Source: an uncultured Chlorobiota bacterium
GTDB taxonomy: Bacteria > Bacteroidota > Bacteroidia > Bacteroidales > JAADGE01
Assembly: GCA_947311255.1 (NCBI GenBank)
Contig: CAMZKL010000043.1
Coordinates: 1,685-65,684, forward strand
Reading direction: 5' to 3'
Length of the DNA: 64,000 nt
The notes below the pieces were generated by a model that was given only the letters and a program-made list of their open reading frames with translations, was not told the origin of the DNA and made no database searches. The translations under genes and the position numbers were made by a program. Positions 1 through 9,294 of this stretch are shown piece by piece. Position 1 is the first letter of the stretch. Every line of letters starts with the position of its first letter.

Positions 1-509
1 TCTCCACTTGTTAGATGAATTTTAATATAATCACTCAGCCCTTCAATATATAATATGTCTTTGAAATTAATTTTTATGTTTTTGTATTCAGATTTTACGA
101 AAACCCATTCTTTTTTATTATCATATTCTAATTGCCTGTTATTCTTTGTTTTATGTAATGAATATGCTTTACTTACAGCTTTCAAAAAACGTTCAAAAGT
201 GAATGGTTTTACAAGGTAATCAATGGCATCAAGTTCAAAGCCTTCAACTGCATAATCTGAATAAGCGGTTGTGAAAATTACAGGCGGAATATTTTTAATA
301 CTTTTTACAAATTGCACTCCTGTTATACCAGGCATCTGAATATCTAAAAAAATTAAATCAATATTTCCTTTTTCAATGATATCAATTGCTTCTGTTGCTC
401 TGTAACACCGTTTTTCTAGTGTTAAAAAATCAACTTTCTTAATATAATCTTCAACTATATCAAGTGCCAAAGGCTCATCGTCAATTGCTATGCAGTTTAG
501 TTGTTTCAT
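1..509 (-). CDS. LytTR-family response regulator (3' end cut by window edge)
   Basis: Absent from the ORF track because it runs off the window. Reverse-strand translation from ATG (507-509) reads MKQLNCIAIDDEPLALDIVEDYIKKVDF...IFLDIQMPGITGVQF (receiver domain), then ...NFKDILYIEGLSDYIKIHLTSGE (LytTR DNA-binding domain). The frame is open to position 1. Confidence 0.85.
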   Translation of the reverse strand, partial: MKQLNCIAIDDEPLALDIVEDYIKKVDFLTLEKRCYRATEAIDIIEKGNIDLIFLDIQMPGITGVQFVKSIKNIPPVIFTTAYSDYAVEGFELDAIDYLVKPFTFERFLKAVSKAYSLHKTKNNRQLEYDNKKEWVFVKSEYKNIKINFKDILYIEGLSDYIKIHLTSG

Positions 510-560
510 TGTATTATTTTTTATACCCTACTAGCTTTAAAAACCCGCAATATCTTAATT

Positions 561-1235
561 TTAGTGAGACCATTTTTGTGCATAAGGATGATTGTGTCTT
601 TTTTCGTATGCTTTATTTCTTTTCAAATTTCCATTCCAATAAAAATTTGTTAAACCTGTTTTGCTGATAATTGAAAATAAATTTCTTTTTATTTTTGACA
701 TCTTATATGGTTTCCGCAATTTACTATTAATTTCTTCATCAAATTCATTATTTTTTGCAAAATATTCTCCCAAGCTACTAAAATTTGTAAATAATTCTTT
801 TGTCATCCAAGAAGGCATTAATTTAATTCCTTCAACTCCACCTTTAATAATTGTTCCAATATAATCCAGTTTTAATCTTTTTGCTAATTTTTCTAAATAT
901 TTTTCAACAAATATTGATTGGTATGCTTCTGGAAAACCAGACTGAACAACAAATGCAATTTTTTTTCTTTCAGAATTTTTAATTTTAGAAATATCTTCAA
1001 AAAATTCTTTTACAATTCCCGGCATCATATCAGTATAAAGTGGGAAAAATATAATTACAGTTTTTGCATTTTTATAAGCATATAACAATTCTTCTTTTTT
1101 ATTTAACGATGCAATATAATATACTGGAACTTTTGTATCAATAACCTTCTTATATCCCGATAAAAAACTATTAATCAGCAATTTAGTATTACTTTTCTTT
1201 CTTCTTGGCGAACCATTAAATATTACAACTTGCAT
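561..1235 (-). CDS. Flavodoxin-like-fold NAD(P)H-dependent oxidoreductase
   Basis: 224-aa ORF. The N-terminus MQVVIFNGSPRRKKSNTKLL is typical of flavodoxin-like-fold NAD(P)H dehydrogenase/FMN reductases. Overlaps the upstream gene by 20 nt. Confidence 0.7.
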   Translation of the reverse strand: MQVVIFNGSPRRKKSNTKLLINSFLSGYKKVIDTKVPVYYIASLNKKEELLYAYKNAKTVIIFFPLYTDMMPGIVKEFFEDISKIKNSERKKIAFVVQSGFPEAYQSIFVEKYLEKLAKRLKLDYIGTIIKGGVEGIKLMPSWMTKELFTNFSSLGEYFAKNNEFDEEINSKLRKPYKMSKIKRNLFSIISKTGLTNFYWNGNLKRNKAYEKRHNHPYAQKWSH

Positions 1236-1770
1236 TTACTATTTCTTTTACAGTATTAAAATTTACAGATTTTAAATATCTTTTTTTACAATGAAAATTT
1301 ATTGCAAACCTATCATAAATATCATTCAAAATTTGAATATCTTCTTTATCTGTATCATTCTCTTCTTTAATTAAAAGACCAAAATCAGGATAGTTTTTAT
1401 ATCGTTTTGTATGATGACTTTCTTTATTTCTAATTTCGATGTAAGGATGTAAAAGTACAATAAGTCTATCTGAAATCTTTTTTAAAGAAGAGCTTGTGAA
1501 ACCAACATATAATGGCGATGCAAATAATACAAAATCAGAATTTATATAAGATTTAAAAATTATTTCCGCATCATCTTTTGTTGAACATAAACCGGGATTT
1601 TTCCACCAACAATTCCAACATCCATGACAATAACTTAATTCCATTTTTTTAAGATGAAAAACATCAACAATATTGTTATTCACTTGAAATTGTTTCACTA
1701 AATTTTCAATATAATCAGAAAAATCAGAATTTTTTGTTTCCAAATCGCCATTTAATATTGTTATCTTCAT
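1216..1770 (-). CDS. Iron-sulfur flavoprotein-like flavodoxin-fold protein
   Basis: 184-aa ORF starting MKITILNG. Compact Cys motif CHGCWNCWWKNPGLC (CX2CX2CX7C), as in Isf-type iron-sulfur flavoproteins. Only a 2-nt gap to the kinase gene. Confidence 0.65.
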   Translation of the reverse strand: MKITILNGDLETKNSDFSDYIENLVKQFQVNNNIVDVFHLKKMELSYCHGCWNCWWKNPGLCSTKDDAEIIFKSYINSDFVLFASPLYVGFTSSSLKKISDRLIVLLHPYIEIRNKESHHTKRYKNYPDFGLLIKEENDTDKEDIQILNDIYDRFAINFHCKKRYLKSVNFNTVKEIVNASCNI

Positions 1771-1772
1771 TT

Positions 1773-2798
1773 TTACTTATTAAACCAAATTTTTAAAACC
1801 GATACAAAAATATCATCTTTTATTTCTGTAGTAAATCTATGCTTCTCAGGATATAAAAGTTCGAGTCTTTTTTTCAAGTTGTTTAGCCCTATTCCACTTC
1901 CTTTGTCATTTTTAGTTTTTTGCGATCTATCAATTTTATTTTCAACTTTAAAGAGCATTTTTGTTTGTTCAATTTTCAATAAAATATCAATTTTAGCATC
2001 ATCCGAAAAAATATCTCCATGCTTAAAAGCATTTTCTACAAAAGGAATTAATAACATTGGTTCAATTTCTTTTTTAATCCCATCTCCTATAACATTAAAT
2101 TTAATCTTTGATTTATCTGCCATTCTAAGTTTCTGTAATTCAATATAATCCGACAAATAATTAATTTCTTTGCTTAATTCAACTGTTTCTTTTTTTGCAT
2201 CATCTAACATATATCGCATCAAATGCGAAAGTTTAATAATTGCATTAGGCGTATGTTCAGATTTTCTGTTTGCCAAAGAATATATGTTATTAAGTGTATT
2301 GAATAAAAAATGTGGATTTATTTGCGATTTAAGAAATGAAAGTTCAGAATTTAGCTTTTCATTTTTTATTATATTTTTTTGTTTTTCGTTTTCATACCAA
2401 TTTTGAGTTACCTTAATGCTTGTACTTATAGCAATTAAGAAAGTAGAAAAGAAAACTAATGATCCTTTAAATCTGTAATTGTGTGTATTTGGTGCTGCAA
2501 TATCAGGTAAAATAATTGAGGAAGCAATATGATTAAATAAAACAAGAAAACTTATGCTAATAATTATTGCTAATGTGTAAAAAATAAATTTCCGTTTTGA
2601 AAGTAGGATAGGAATAAAAAATAAATAATTTGAATAAAAAATAATAATAAATAAAGATACGTGTATTATAAAGAATATTATTTTATCTATTGTAAATTCT
2701 TTTTCAGGATTGTTAAAAAGAACCATAGGCAATAATATTGCAAGGAGCCAAATGACTATATGAATAAATATCTTTAAATATTTTCTTTTTATATGCAT
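1773..2798 (-). CDS. Sensor histidine kinase, LytS/YehU type
   Basis: 341-aa ORF. The N-terminal half is all hydrophobic helices, followed by the H-box SQINPHFLFNTLNNIYSL and a C-terminal ATPase region (GSGIGLNNLKKRLELLY). Confidence 0.85.
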   Translation of the reverse strand: MHIKRKYLKIFIHIVIWLLAILLPMVLFNNPEKEFTIDKIIFFIIHVSLFIIIFYSNYLFFIPILLSKRKFIFYTLAIIISISFLVLFNHIASSIILPDIAAPNTHNYRFKGSLVFFSTFLIAISTSIKVTQNWYENEKQKNIIKNEKLNSELSFLKSQINPHFLFNTLNNIYSLANRKSEHTPNAIIKLSHLMRYMLDDAKKETVELSKEINYLSDYIELQKLRMADKSKIKFNVIGDGIKKEIEPMLLIPFVENAFKHGDIFSDDAKIDILLKIEQTKMLFKVENKIDRSQKTKNDKGSGIGLNNLKKRLELLYPEKHRFTTEIKDDIFVSVLKIWFNK

Positions 2799-2979
2799 TT
2801 AAAACTAAATTTTTACCAAAAGTATTATAGATTACATAAGTTTTCAAATAAAATCTATAAACACTGTTTTTTTATCGGCTAAAAACAAATAAAAAAGCGA
2901 ATGAAATTCCAACAGTTTTTATATTATTTACATTAATTCTAAATAAGATTTTTTACATTTGCAAAAAAAAGATAAAATT

Positions 2980-5900
2980 ATGAAACATATATATTTATTG
3001 CTGATTTTAATTAGTTTAAATACTGCATTATTTTCACAAAATAATAATACCCTAAACCACAATCTTTATGTAAACATAAATCCTATAAGCTCAGAAATAG
3101 CTGTAACAGATAGCATTACAACTTTTAAAGATTTTAATAAAGAATTTTTGCTCAATGCTGAATTAGTTCCTTTTTCAAATTCAAAAAACATTAAAATTAA
3201 GAAAATTTCTGACAATGTAAATGCTTCTGATATTGGAATGGACAGAGATAATGCAGAAAATGAAGCAAGTTTAAAACTTACAAAATGGCAAATTAAGGGC
3301 AAAGCAAAAAGTTTTGTTATTTCATATAAAGGTAAAATTACAGGAGGTTTTGACGGAAATAAACAAAACTACCAAAGGGGTTTTTCGCAAACATCAGGAA
3401 TAATTTCAGAAAAAGGTATTTATCTTGCAGGTTCAACATATTGGGTGCCTGTTTTTAATGATAAGTTAATGACTTTCTCCTTAACTAGCGAACTTCCTAA
3501 AAGTTGGAAAAATGTTACACAAGGCAAAAGAATTTCGGACAAAACAATTAATAAAAAGCATATTGATACTTGGGTTTGCAACAAAGCACAAGAAGAAATT
3601 TTCTTAATTGCTGCAAAATTCCATGAGTATTCTTACGATATGAATAATGGAATTAAAGCAATGGCATTTTTACGAACACCAGACGAAGGATTGGCAAATA
3701 AATATTTGGAAGTTACTGAGCAATACGCAAATATGTACGAAAGTATGTTAGGAAAATACCCTTACACAAAATTTGCTTTGGTCGAAAACTTTTGGGAAAC
3801 CGGCTACGGAATGCCTTCTTTTACTCTTTTGGGCGAAAAAATTATTCGCTTTCCGTTTATTTTGCACTCATCATACCCGCATGAGCTTTTGCACAATTGG
3901 TGGGGCAATAGCGTGTATGTTGATTTTTCAAAAGGGAATTGGTGCGAAGGCATTACGGCATACATGGCAGACCATCTTATGAAAGAGCAAAGAGGTGCAG
4001 GTGAAGAATACAGGCGTTCAACTCTGCAAAAATTCAGTAATTTTGTAAACGAAGAAAATGATTTTCCTTTAAGCAAATTTATTTCTCGCCACAACGGAGC
4101 AAGTGAAGCAATTGGTTATGGCAAAGCACTTATGATGTGGCACATGTTAAGAAGAAAAATTGGAGATGAAAACTTCTTAAAAACAATGAAACTTTTTTAT
4201 GAAAATTATAAGTTCAAAACTGCATCTTATGATAATATTAGAAAAACCACCGAAGAAGTAACAGGAATTGATTTAAAAAACTTCTTTGAGCAATGGACAA
4301 AAAGAAAATCGGCACCCGAAATTGCAATAAAAGACCTAACAAAGAATATGTATGCAGGAAAATATCGTGTAAATATAACTATTGAGCAAAAACAAAAAGA
4401 TGACGTTTTTAATATTGATTTACCCATAAATATTGCAACAAAAAATGGTATTGAAACTTTTGTTTTTAGCATGAATAAAAAGGTGCAAAATTTTCAAATA
4501 ACATTAAAAAATGAGCCTTTAAAAATTGCAATTGACCCACAATATGATGTATTTAGAATTTTAAATCCGAATGAAGTTCCTCCAACTCTCTCTAAAATTT
4601 GGGGAAGCAAAGAAAATATTATTGTAATACCAAGCAAAGCAAATAAAACACAACAAAGAATTTATATGAAATTTGCAGAGCAGTGGCAAAAGACTGACAA
4701 TGACAATTTTAAGATTGTTCTTGATAGTGAATTAAAGGAAGTTCCCAAAGGTATAACAGCTTGGATTTTAGGTTTTGAAAATAAGTTTGCAACAGATTTT
4801 CAAAAACAATTAACAGAGCATCATACATTTTTTTACAACGACCATATTATTTTTAATAATAAAAAATACTTAAAAAAAGGCAACAGTTTTGTTTTTACAA
4901 TCTACGAAAAAAAGGACATAAATTTTCAAAAAATATTTATTACTTTTGATAATGAAAAAGCTATTGCCGGACTTGTTAGAAAACTTCCGCATTACGGAAA
5001 ATACAGTTATTTGGCATTTAAAGGAGGTGAACCTACAAATATTGCAAAAGGACAATGGGAAGTTTTAAATTCGCCATTAGTTACTACTTTTATGAAAGGT
5101 GTAAATAATCTTTCTGTAAATGAAGAAAGGAAAGCTCTTGCTGAACTAAAAACGGTTTTTTCAGAAAAAAGGATGATGGCAACTATCAAATTTCTTACAT
5201 CAAAAGAACTGAAAGGCAGAGGTTTAGGAACACCTGAATTAGAAGATGCTGCAAAATTTATTGCAAAAAAATTTGAAGATGCCGGTTTGGAAACTATAAA
5301 AGACAATTCATATTATCAGAAATTTATACATAATTTTAAAGACAAAGGTAAACTAAACCTTACAAATGTAATAGGAATAATTCCAGGCAACGACCCAAAA
5401 CTTAAAAATGAAACAGTTGTACTTTCTGCACATTTTGACCATCTTGGTATAGGTTGGCCAGATGTGCATAAAGGCGACAAAGGAAAAATACATTTTGGAG
5501 CAGACGATAATGCAAGCGGAGTTTCAATTTTAATTGAACTTGCAAAATCAATGGCAAAAACCGTAAAACCAAAACGAACAATTGTGTTTCTTGCATGCAC
5601 AGGCGAAGAGGCTGGTTTAATAGGTTCCCGGTACTATGTTGAGCATAGCAAAGATTTTTTTAGCGGAAATATTTTTGCAGATGTTAACCTTGATACTAAT
5701 GGAAGTTTATTCGACAAAAAACTTCTCGTTCTTAATGGAAATACTGCAAAAGAATGGAAATTTATTTTTATGGGAACTGATTACACAACCGGTGTTAAAT
5801 CGGATGTTATTGATAAAGAATTAGATTCCAGCGACCAGGGAGCATTTATTGAAAAAGGTATTCCTGCTGTTCAATTATTTACAGGAGCAACATCAAATTA

Positions 5901-6339
5901 CCACAGACCCTCAGACACTTACGAAAAAATTGACGGGAAAGGTTTAGTAAAAGTTGCAACTGTAACAAAAGAAGTTATTACATATCTTGCCGACAGAGAA
6001 AAACCAATGCTTTACACAGGCAAAACTCCCGATGCTAACAGAAAAAACAATCAAAATCTTGATAAAAAAACTGAAAGAAGAGTAAGCACCGGAACAGTTC
6101 CTTCGTTCAGCTACAAAGGAAGAGGAGTTAAAGTTGGAAGTGTAATTGAAGGTTCAGCCGGAGATAAAGCAGGTTTAAAAGCTGATGATATTATCGTAGG
6201 AATTAATGATAAAAAAGTAAATACTTTAAAAGAATATTCAGATTTATTGAAAGAATTTAAACCAAATGATGTTATAACTCTTAAAATTTTAAGAAGTGCC
6301 AATAAAAAAGATATTAAACTGAAATTAGGTGAAAGATAA
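2980..6339 (+). CDS. Secreted multidomain metallopeptidase: M1-like gluzincin + M28 aminopeptidase + C-terminal PDZ
   Basis: The ORF-track start at 2959 is TTG. The first ATG (2980) gives signal peptide MKHIYLLLILISLNTALFSQ. HELLH-X18-E motif from nt 3880. M28 motifs SAHFDHLG, GADDNASGVSILIELA, GEEAGLIGS and NYHRPSDT. PDZ segment GVKVGSVIEGSAGDKAGLKADDIIVGIND. Confidence 0.85.
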   Translation: MKHIYLLLILISLNTALFSQNNNTLNHNLYVNINPISSEIAVTDSITTFKDFNKEFLLNAELVPFSNSKNIKIKKISDNVNASDIGMDRDNAENEASLKLTKWQIKGKAKSFVISYKGKITGGFDGNKQNYQRGFSQTSGIISEKGIYLAGSTYWVPVFNDKLMTFSLTSELPKSWKNVTQGKRISDKTINKKHIDTWVCNKAQEEIFLIAAKFHEYSYDMNNGIKAMAFLRTPDEGLANKYLEVTEQYANMYESMLGKYPYTKFALVENFWETGYGMPSFTLLGEKIIRFPFILHSSYPHELLHNWWGNSVYVDFSKGNWCEGITAYMADHLMKEQRGAGEEYRRSTLQKFSNFVNEENDFPLSKFISRHNGASEAIGYGKALMMWHMLRRKIGDENFLKTMKLFYENYKFKTASYDNIRKTTEEVTGIDLKNFFEQWTKRKSAPEIAIKDLTKNMYAGKYRVNITIEQKQKDDVFNIDLPINIATKNGIETFVFSMNKKVQNFQITLKNEPLKIAIDPQYDVFRILNPNEVPPTLSKIWGSKENIIVIPSKANKTQQRIYMKFAEQWQKTDNDNFKIVLDSELKEVPKGITAWILGFENKFATDFQKQLTEHHTFFYNDHIIFNNKKYLKKGNSFVFTIYEKKDINFQKIFITFDNEKAIAGLVRKLPHYGKYSYLAFKGGEPTNIAKGQWEVLNSPLVTTFMKGVNNLSVNEERKALAELKTVFSEKRMMATIKFLTSKELKGRGLGTPELEDAAKFIAKKFEDAGLETIKDNSYYQKFIHNFKDKGKLNLTNVIGIIPGNDPKLKNETVVLSAHFDHLGIGWPDVHKGDKGKIHFGADDNASGVSILIELAKSMAKTVKPKRTIVFLACTGEEAGLIGSRYYVEHSKDFFSGNIFADVNLDTNGSLFDKKLLVLNGNTAKEWKFIFMGTDYTTGVKSDVIDKELDSSDQGAFIEKGIPAVQLFTGATSNYHRPSDTYEKIDGKGLVKVATVTKEVITYLADREKPMLYTGKTPDANRKNNQNLDKKTERRVSTGTVPSFSYKGRGVKVGSVIEGSAGDKAGLKADDIIVGINDKKVNTLKEYSDLLKEFKPNDVITLKILRSANKKDIKLKLGER

Positions 6340-6345
6340 TTTTTT

Positions 6346-7875
6346 TTACTCCCATTCAATAGTTGCAGGAGGTTTTGAGCTTATATCGTAAACAACTCTG
6401 TTAATTCCTTTAACTTGGTTAATGATTTTATTAGAGACCTTAGCCAAAAAATCATATGGAAGATGCGACCAATCAGCAGTCATTCCATCAGTTGAACCGA
6501 CTGCTCTAAGTACAACTGCACTTTCATATGTTCTTTCATCTCCCATAACTCCAACTGATTTAACTGGTAATAAAATTGTTGCTGCCTGCCAAACATCTTT
6601 GTATAAACCCGATGTTTTTAATTCATTAATATAAATATTATCTGCATCTTGGAGTATTCTAACTTTCTCATATGTAACATCTCCAAGAATTCTAATTCCT
6701 AAACCCGGACCAGGAAAAGGATGTCTGCCAAGCAGTTCTTTACTTATGCCTAGAGATGCACCAATTCGTCTTACCTCATCTTTAAAAAGAAGTTTTAGCG
6801 GTTCAACAATTTTTAGTTTCATATAATCTGGTAAACCTCCAACATTATGATGAGATTTTATTGTTGCAGATGGTCCTTTAACAGAAATTGATTCAATAAC
6901 ATCAGGATAAATTGTTCCTTGAGCTAGATATTTAACATCTTTTATTTTAGCAGATTCTTTATCAAAAATATCGATAAAAGTATTGCCAATTGCTTTTCTT
7001 TTTGCTTCTGGTTCTATAATACCTTCTAATGCTTTGTAAAATTCATTTTTTGCATCTACTCCTATAACATTTAGCCCCATTCCTTTATATGAATCTAAAA
7101 CTTCAATAAATTCATTTTTGCGTAAAAGTCCGTTATCAACAAAAATACAATATAGATTTTTTCCAATAGCTTTATCTAACAAAACTCCGGCAACAGTAGA
7201 GTCAACTCCTCCAGACAAACCAAGAATAACTTTATCATTTCCAATTTTTTCTTTTAATTCTTTTACAGCAACATCAATAAACGATTCTGAGGTCCAGTCT
7301 TGTTTAATCTTACAAATATTTACAACGAAGTTTTCTAAAATTCTTTGCCCATCGGTAGTATGATAAACTTCTGGATGAAATTGCAGACCAAAAGTTTCTT
7401 CTCCTTTTATTTGAAATGCACCAACTTCAACATCGTCTGTTCCAGCAGTAATTTTAAAATTTTCAGGTATTTCAACAATCGTATCTGCATGGGACATCCA
7501 TACCTGAGTATCAATTTTAATATTTGAAAATAATGGATTTTTTTTATTTATAAACTTCAAATTTGCTCTACCGTACTCTCTATGTTTTGATGGTGCAACT
7601 TTGCCGCCAAAATTATGTGCTAAGTATTGTGCTCCATAGCAAACTCCTAATAATGGTTTATTTCCTTTAATATTTTTCAATTCAGGAACTGGGGCATCTT
7701 TGCTTCTTACAGAAAATGGACTCCCAGATAAGATTACTCCTTTTACTGTTTCATCAGGTTCAGGAAAATGATTATAGGGGTAAACTTCGCAATAAACATT
7801 TAATTCTCGTATCTTTCTAGCAATAAGTCTTGTATATTGAGATCCAAAATCAAGGATTATTATTTTGTTTTGCAT
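6346..7875 (-). CDS. guaA: GMP synthase (glutamine-hydrolysing)
   Basis: 509-aa ORF with GATase N-domain ([23 protein letters not shown]), ATP-pyrophosphatase motif SGGVDS, and C-terminus KPPATIEWE. Confidence 0.97.
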   Translation of the reverse strand: MQNKIIILDFGSQYTRLIARKIRELNVYCEVYPYNHFPEPDETVKGVILSGSPFSVRSKDAPVPELKNIKGNKPLLGVCYGAQYLAHNFGGKVAPSKHREYGRANLKFINKKNPLFSNIKIDTQVWMSHADTIVEIPENFKITAGTDDVEVGAFQIKGEETFGLQFHPEVYHTTDGQRILENFVVNICKIKQDWTSESFIDVAVKELKEKIGNDKVILGLSGGVDSTVAGVLLDKAIGKNLYCIFVDNGLLRKNEFIEVLDSYKGMGLNVIGVDAKNEFYKALEGIIEPEAKRKAIGNTFIDIFDKESAKIKDVKYLAQGTIYPDVIESISVKGPSATIKSHHNVGGLPDYMKLKIVEPLKLLFKDEVRRIGASLGISKELLGRHPFPGPGLGIRILGDVTYEKVRILQDADNIYINELKTSGLYKDVWQAATILLPVKSVGVMGDERTYESAVVLRAVGSTDGMTADWSHLPYDFLAKVSNKIINQVKGINRVVYDISSKPPATIEWE

Positions 7876-7903
7876 TTTTGTTTTTATAATATTTTAATAA
7901 TTA

Positions 7904-8962
7904 CTATTTAGTATGAAGGTCAATATATATAGGCAAATGGTCGCTAAAACCATCATGAAATTTAAATCCTATATATGTTCTAAAAGTTTTTGATCCTACA
8001 TAATGTTTGTCTGGTTCTAAAAGAAAAGGAGCTTCAAAAACATGGGCATCATCTTTTGTCATATTTATACTATTATTTTGCATAAGCAAAGAACCTGAAA
8101 TTATAATCTGATCTAACACTCCCCATTCTCCTTGATACTTATGAGTTCCTTTACCCTTTTCTTCTTGAAGATAATATGCTAAATTATACAGTTCCTCTTC
8201 TTGAATTTCATTGTATTGGTGTTTTGCTCTCAAAACTTCTGTAACACTCTTATTATCAGGATAATCATTCATATCTCCCATTATTATAATATTTGGGTTT
8301 TTATCAGCCAAAAACAAAGAATCTACTTTTTTTCTTACAACAGATGCAACAAACATTCTTTTTCTATCTGTTTCTAATTGCCCACCCCATCTTGAAGGCC
8401 AGTGATTGATAAAGATATGTAAAGTATCATTTGAATTATTGTAACCTTTAACATATAAAATATCACGAGTAGGTTTGTTTGCTGCAAAAGGAAAAGTAAC
8501 ATTTATAGCTTCATAAGAAATTGGTTTAAATTTATCTTTTCTATATAAAAACCCAACATCAATTCCTCTTCTGTCGGGAGATTCTTTATGAATTATTTTA
8601 TATGAAAATTTCTTTAAGGCGGTTCTATTTATTAATTGTTCAAGAACAAATCTATTTTCTATTTCACAAAGTCCGACAATTTCGGGAAGTTCCCATTGTC
8701 CTATTGCAGTTATAACTTTTGAAATATTATATAATTTTTTATTAAATCTGCCTTTGTTCCAATGTCTTTCTCCTTCGGGAGTAAATGCTTCGTCAATTTT
8801 TAAAGTATCATCATAAATGTCAAATAGATTTTCAACATTATAAAACATTATTCTCATATCTCCTCTCGGAAATTCGTATTCTTCTAGTATTTGAGATTTC
8901 AAATCTAAAAATATAACAAGAACAAAAAATAATATAAGTAACTGTGTTTTAATATTATACAT
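7904..8962 (-). CDS. Endonuclease/exonuclease/phosphatase (EEP) family protein, secreted
   Basis: 352-aa ORF with an N-terminal hydrophobic signal. EEP-type motifs FYNVENLFD, IIMGDMNDYPD and FSDHLPIYIDL. Confidence 0.8.
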   Translation of the reverse strand: MYNIKTQLLILFFVLVIFLDLKSQILEEYEFPRGDMRIMFYNVENLFDIYDDTLKIDEAFTPEGERHWNKGRFNKKLYNISKVITAIGQWELPEIVGLCEIENRFVLEQLINRTALKKFSYKIIHKESPDRRGIDVGFLYRKDKFKPISYEAINVTFPFAANKPTRDILYVKGYNNSNDTLHIFINHWPSRWGGQLETDRKRMFVASVVRKKVDSLFLADKNPNIIIMGDMNDYPDNKSVTEVLRAKHQYNEIQEEELYNLAYYLQEEKGKGTHKYQGEWGVLDQIIISGSLLMQNNSINMTKDDAHVFEAPFLLEPDKHYVGSKTFRTYIGFKFHDGFSDHLPIYIDLHTK

Positions 8963-8972
8963 AATAATTATT

Positions 8973-9251
8973 TTACAAAAGTTTTTTAATGTAGTTTATA
9001 AATACTGCAATCGAAATCCAAAGAATATTTATAATTAAAAATCTAGAAAAAAACATAAATATTGAAGAGTTTGTATTAAAAATATAATTAACTGATTGTT
9101 TGAAACTATAATCCTTTATTCCATAAAATAGAGAAAAATGGGTAATAACAGACATAACAGAGTATGTTAATAAAGTAATTAATAACATTATAACTAATGT
9201 TTTTAATACAGTAAATATAAATTTTTCTTTATTTTTATTATCTTTACTCAT
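8973..9251 (-). CDS. Small hypothetical membrane protein
   Basis: The ORF-track start at 9260 is TTG; the first ATG is at 9251 (MSKDNKNKEK...). Two or three hydrophobic helices and no recognisable motif. Confidence 0.45.
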   Translation of the reverse strand: MSKDNKNKEKFIFTVLKTLVIMLLITLLTYSVMSVITHFSLFYGIKDYSFKQSVNYIFNTNSSIFMFFSRFLIINILWISIAVFINYIKKLL

Positions 9252-9294
9252 TCGTTGCAAATTTAATATAACATTTTAATAAAATTTATTAAAC

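Noticed and set aside
464-864. Plus-strand ORFs 464-667 and 661-864
   Set aside because: These are shadow frames opposite the response regulator and flavodoxin-like genes. Their peptides are low-complexity.
2959-2979. N-terminal extensions from non-ATG starts in the ORF track (2959, 30906, 49197, 37336, 9260, 28774)
   Set aside because: In each case an internal ATG gives a canonical N-terminus or signal peptide (MKHIYLL..., MLKFYKYHGAGNDF..., MKFEEII..., MKKLTLSLL...). The extensions overlap promoter or repeat DNA.
3066-6359. Multiple 60-100 aa antisense or out-of-frame ORFs inside the M1/M28/PDZ gene. Similar sets lie inside guaA, the 1588-aa gene, both peptidases, the S8 protease, htrA, cinA, dnaJ and others.
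   Set aside because: All lie within longer ORFs that carry clear catalytic motifs. They have no independent motif, start context or spacing to support them.
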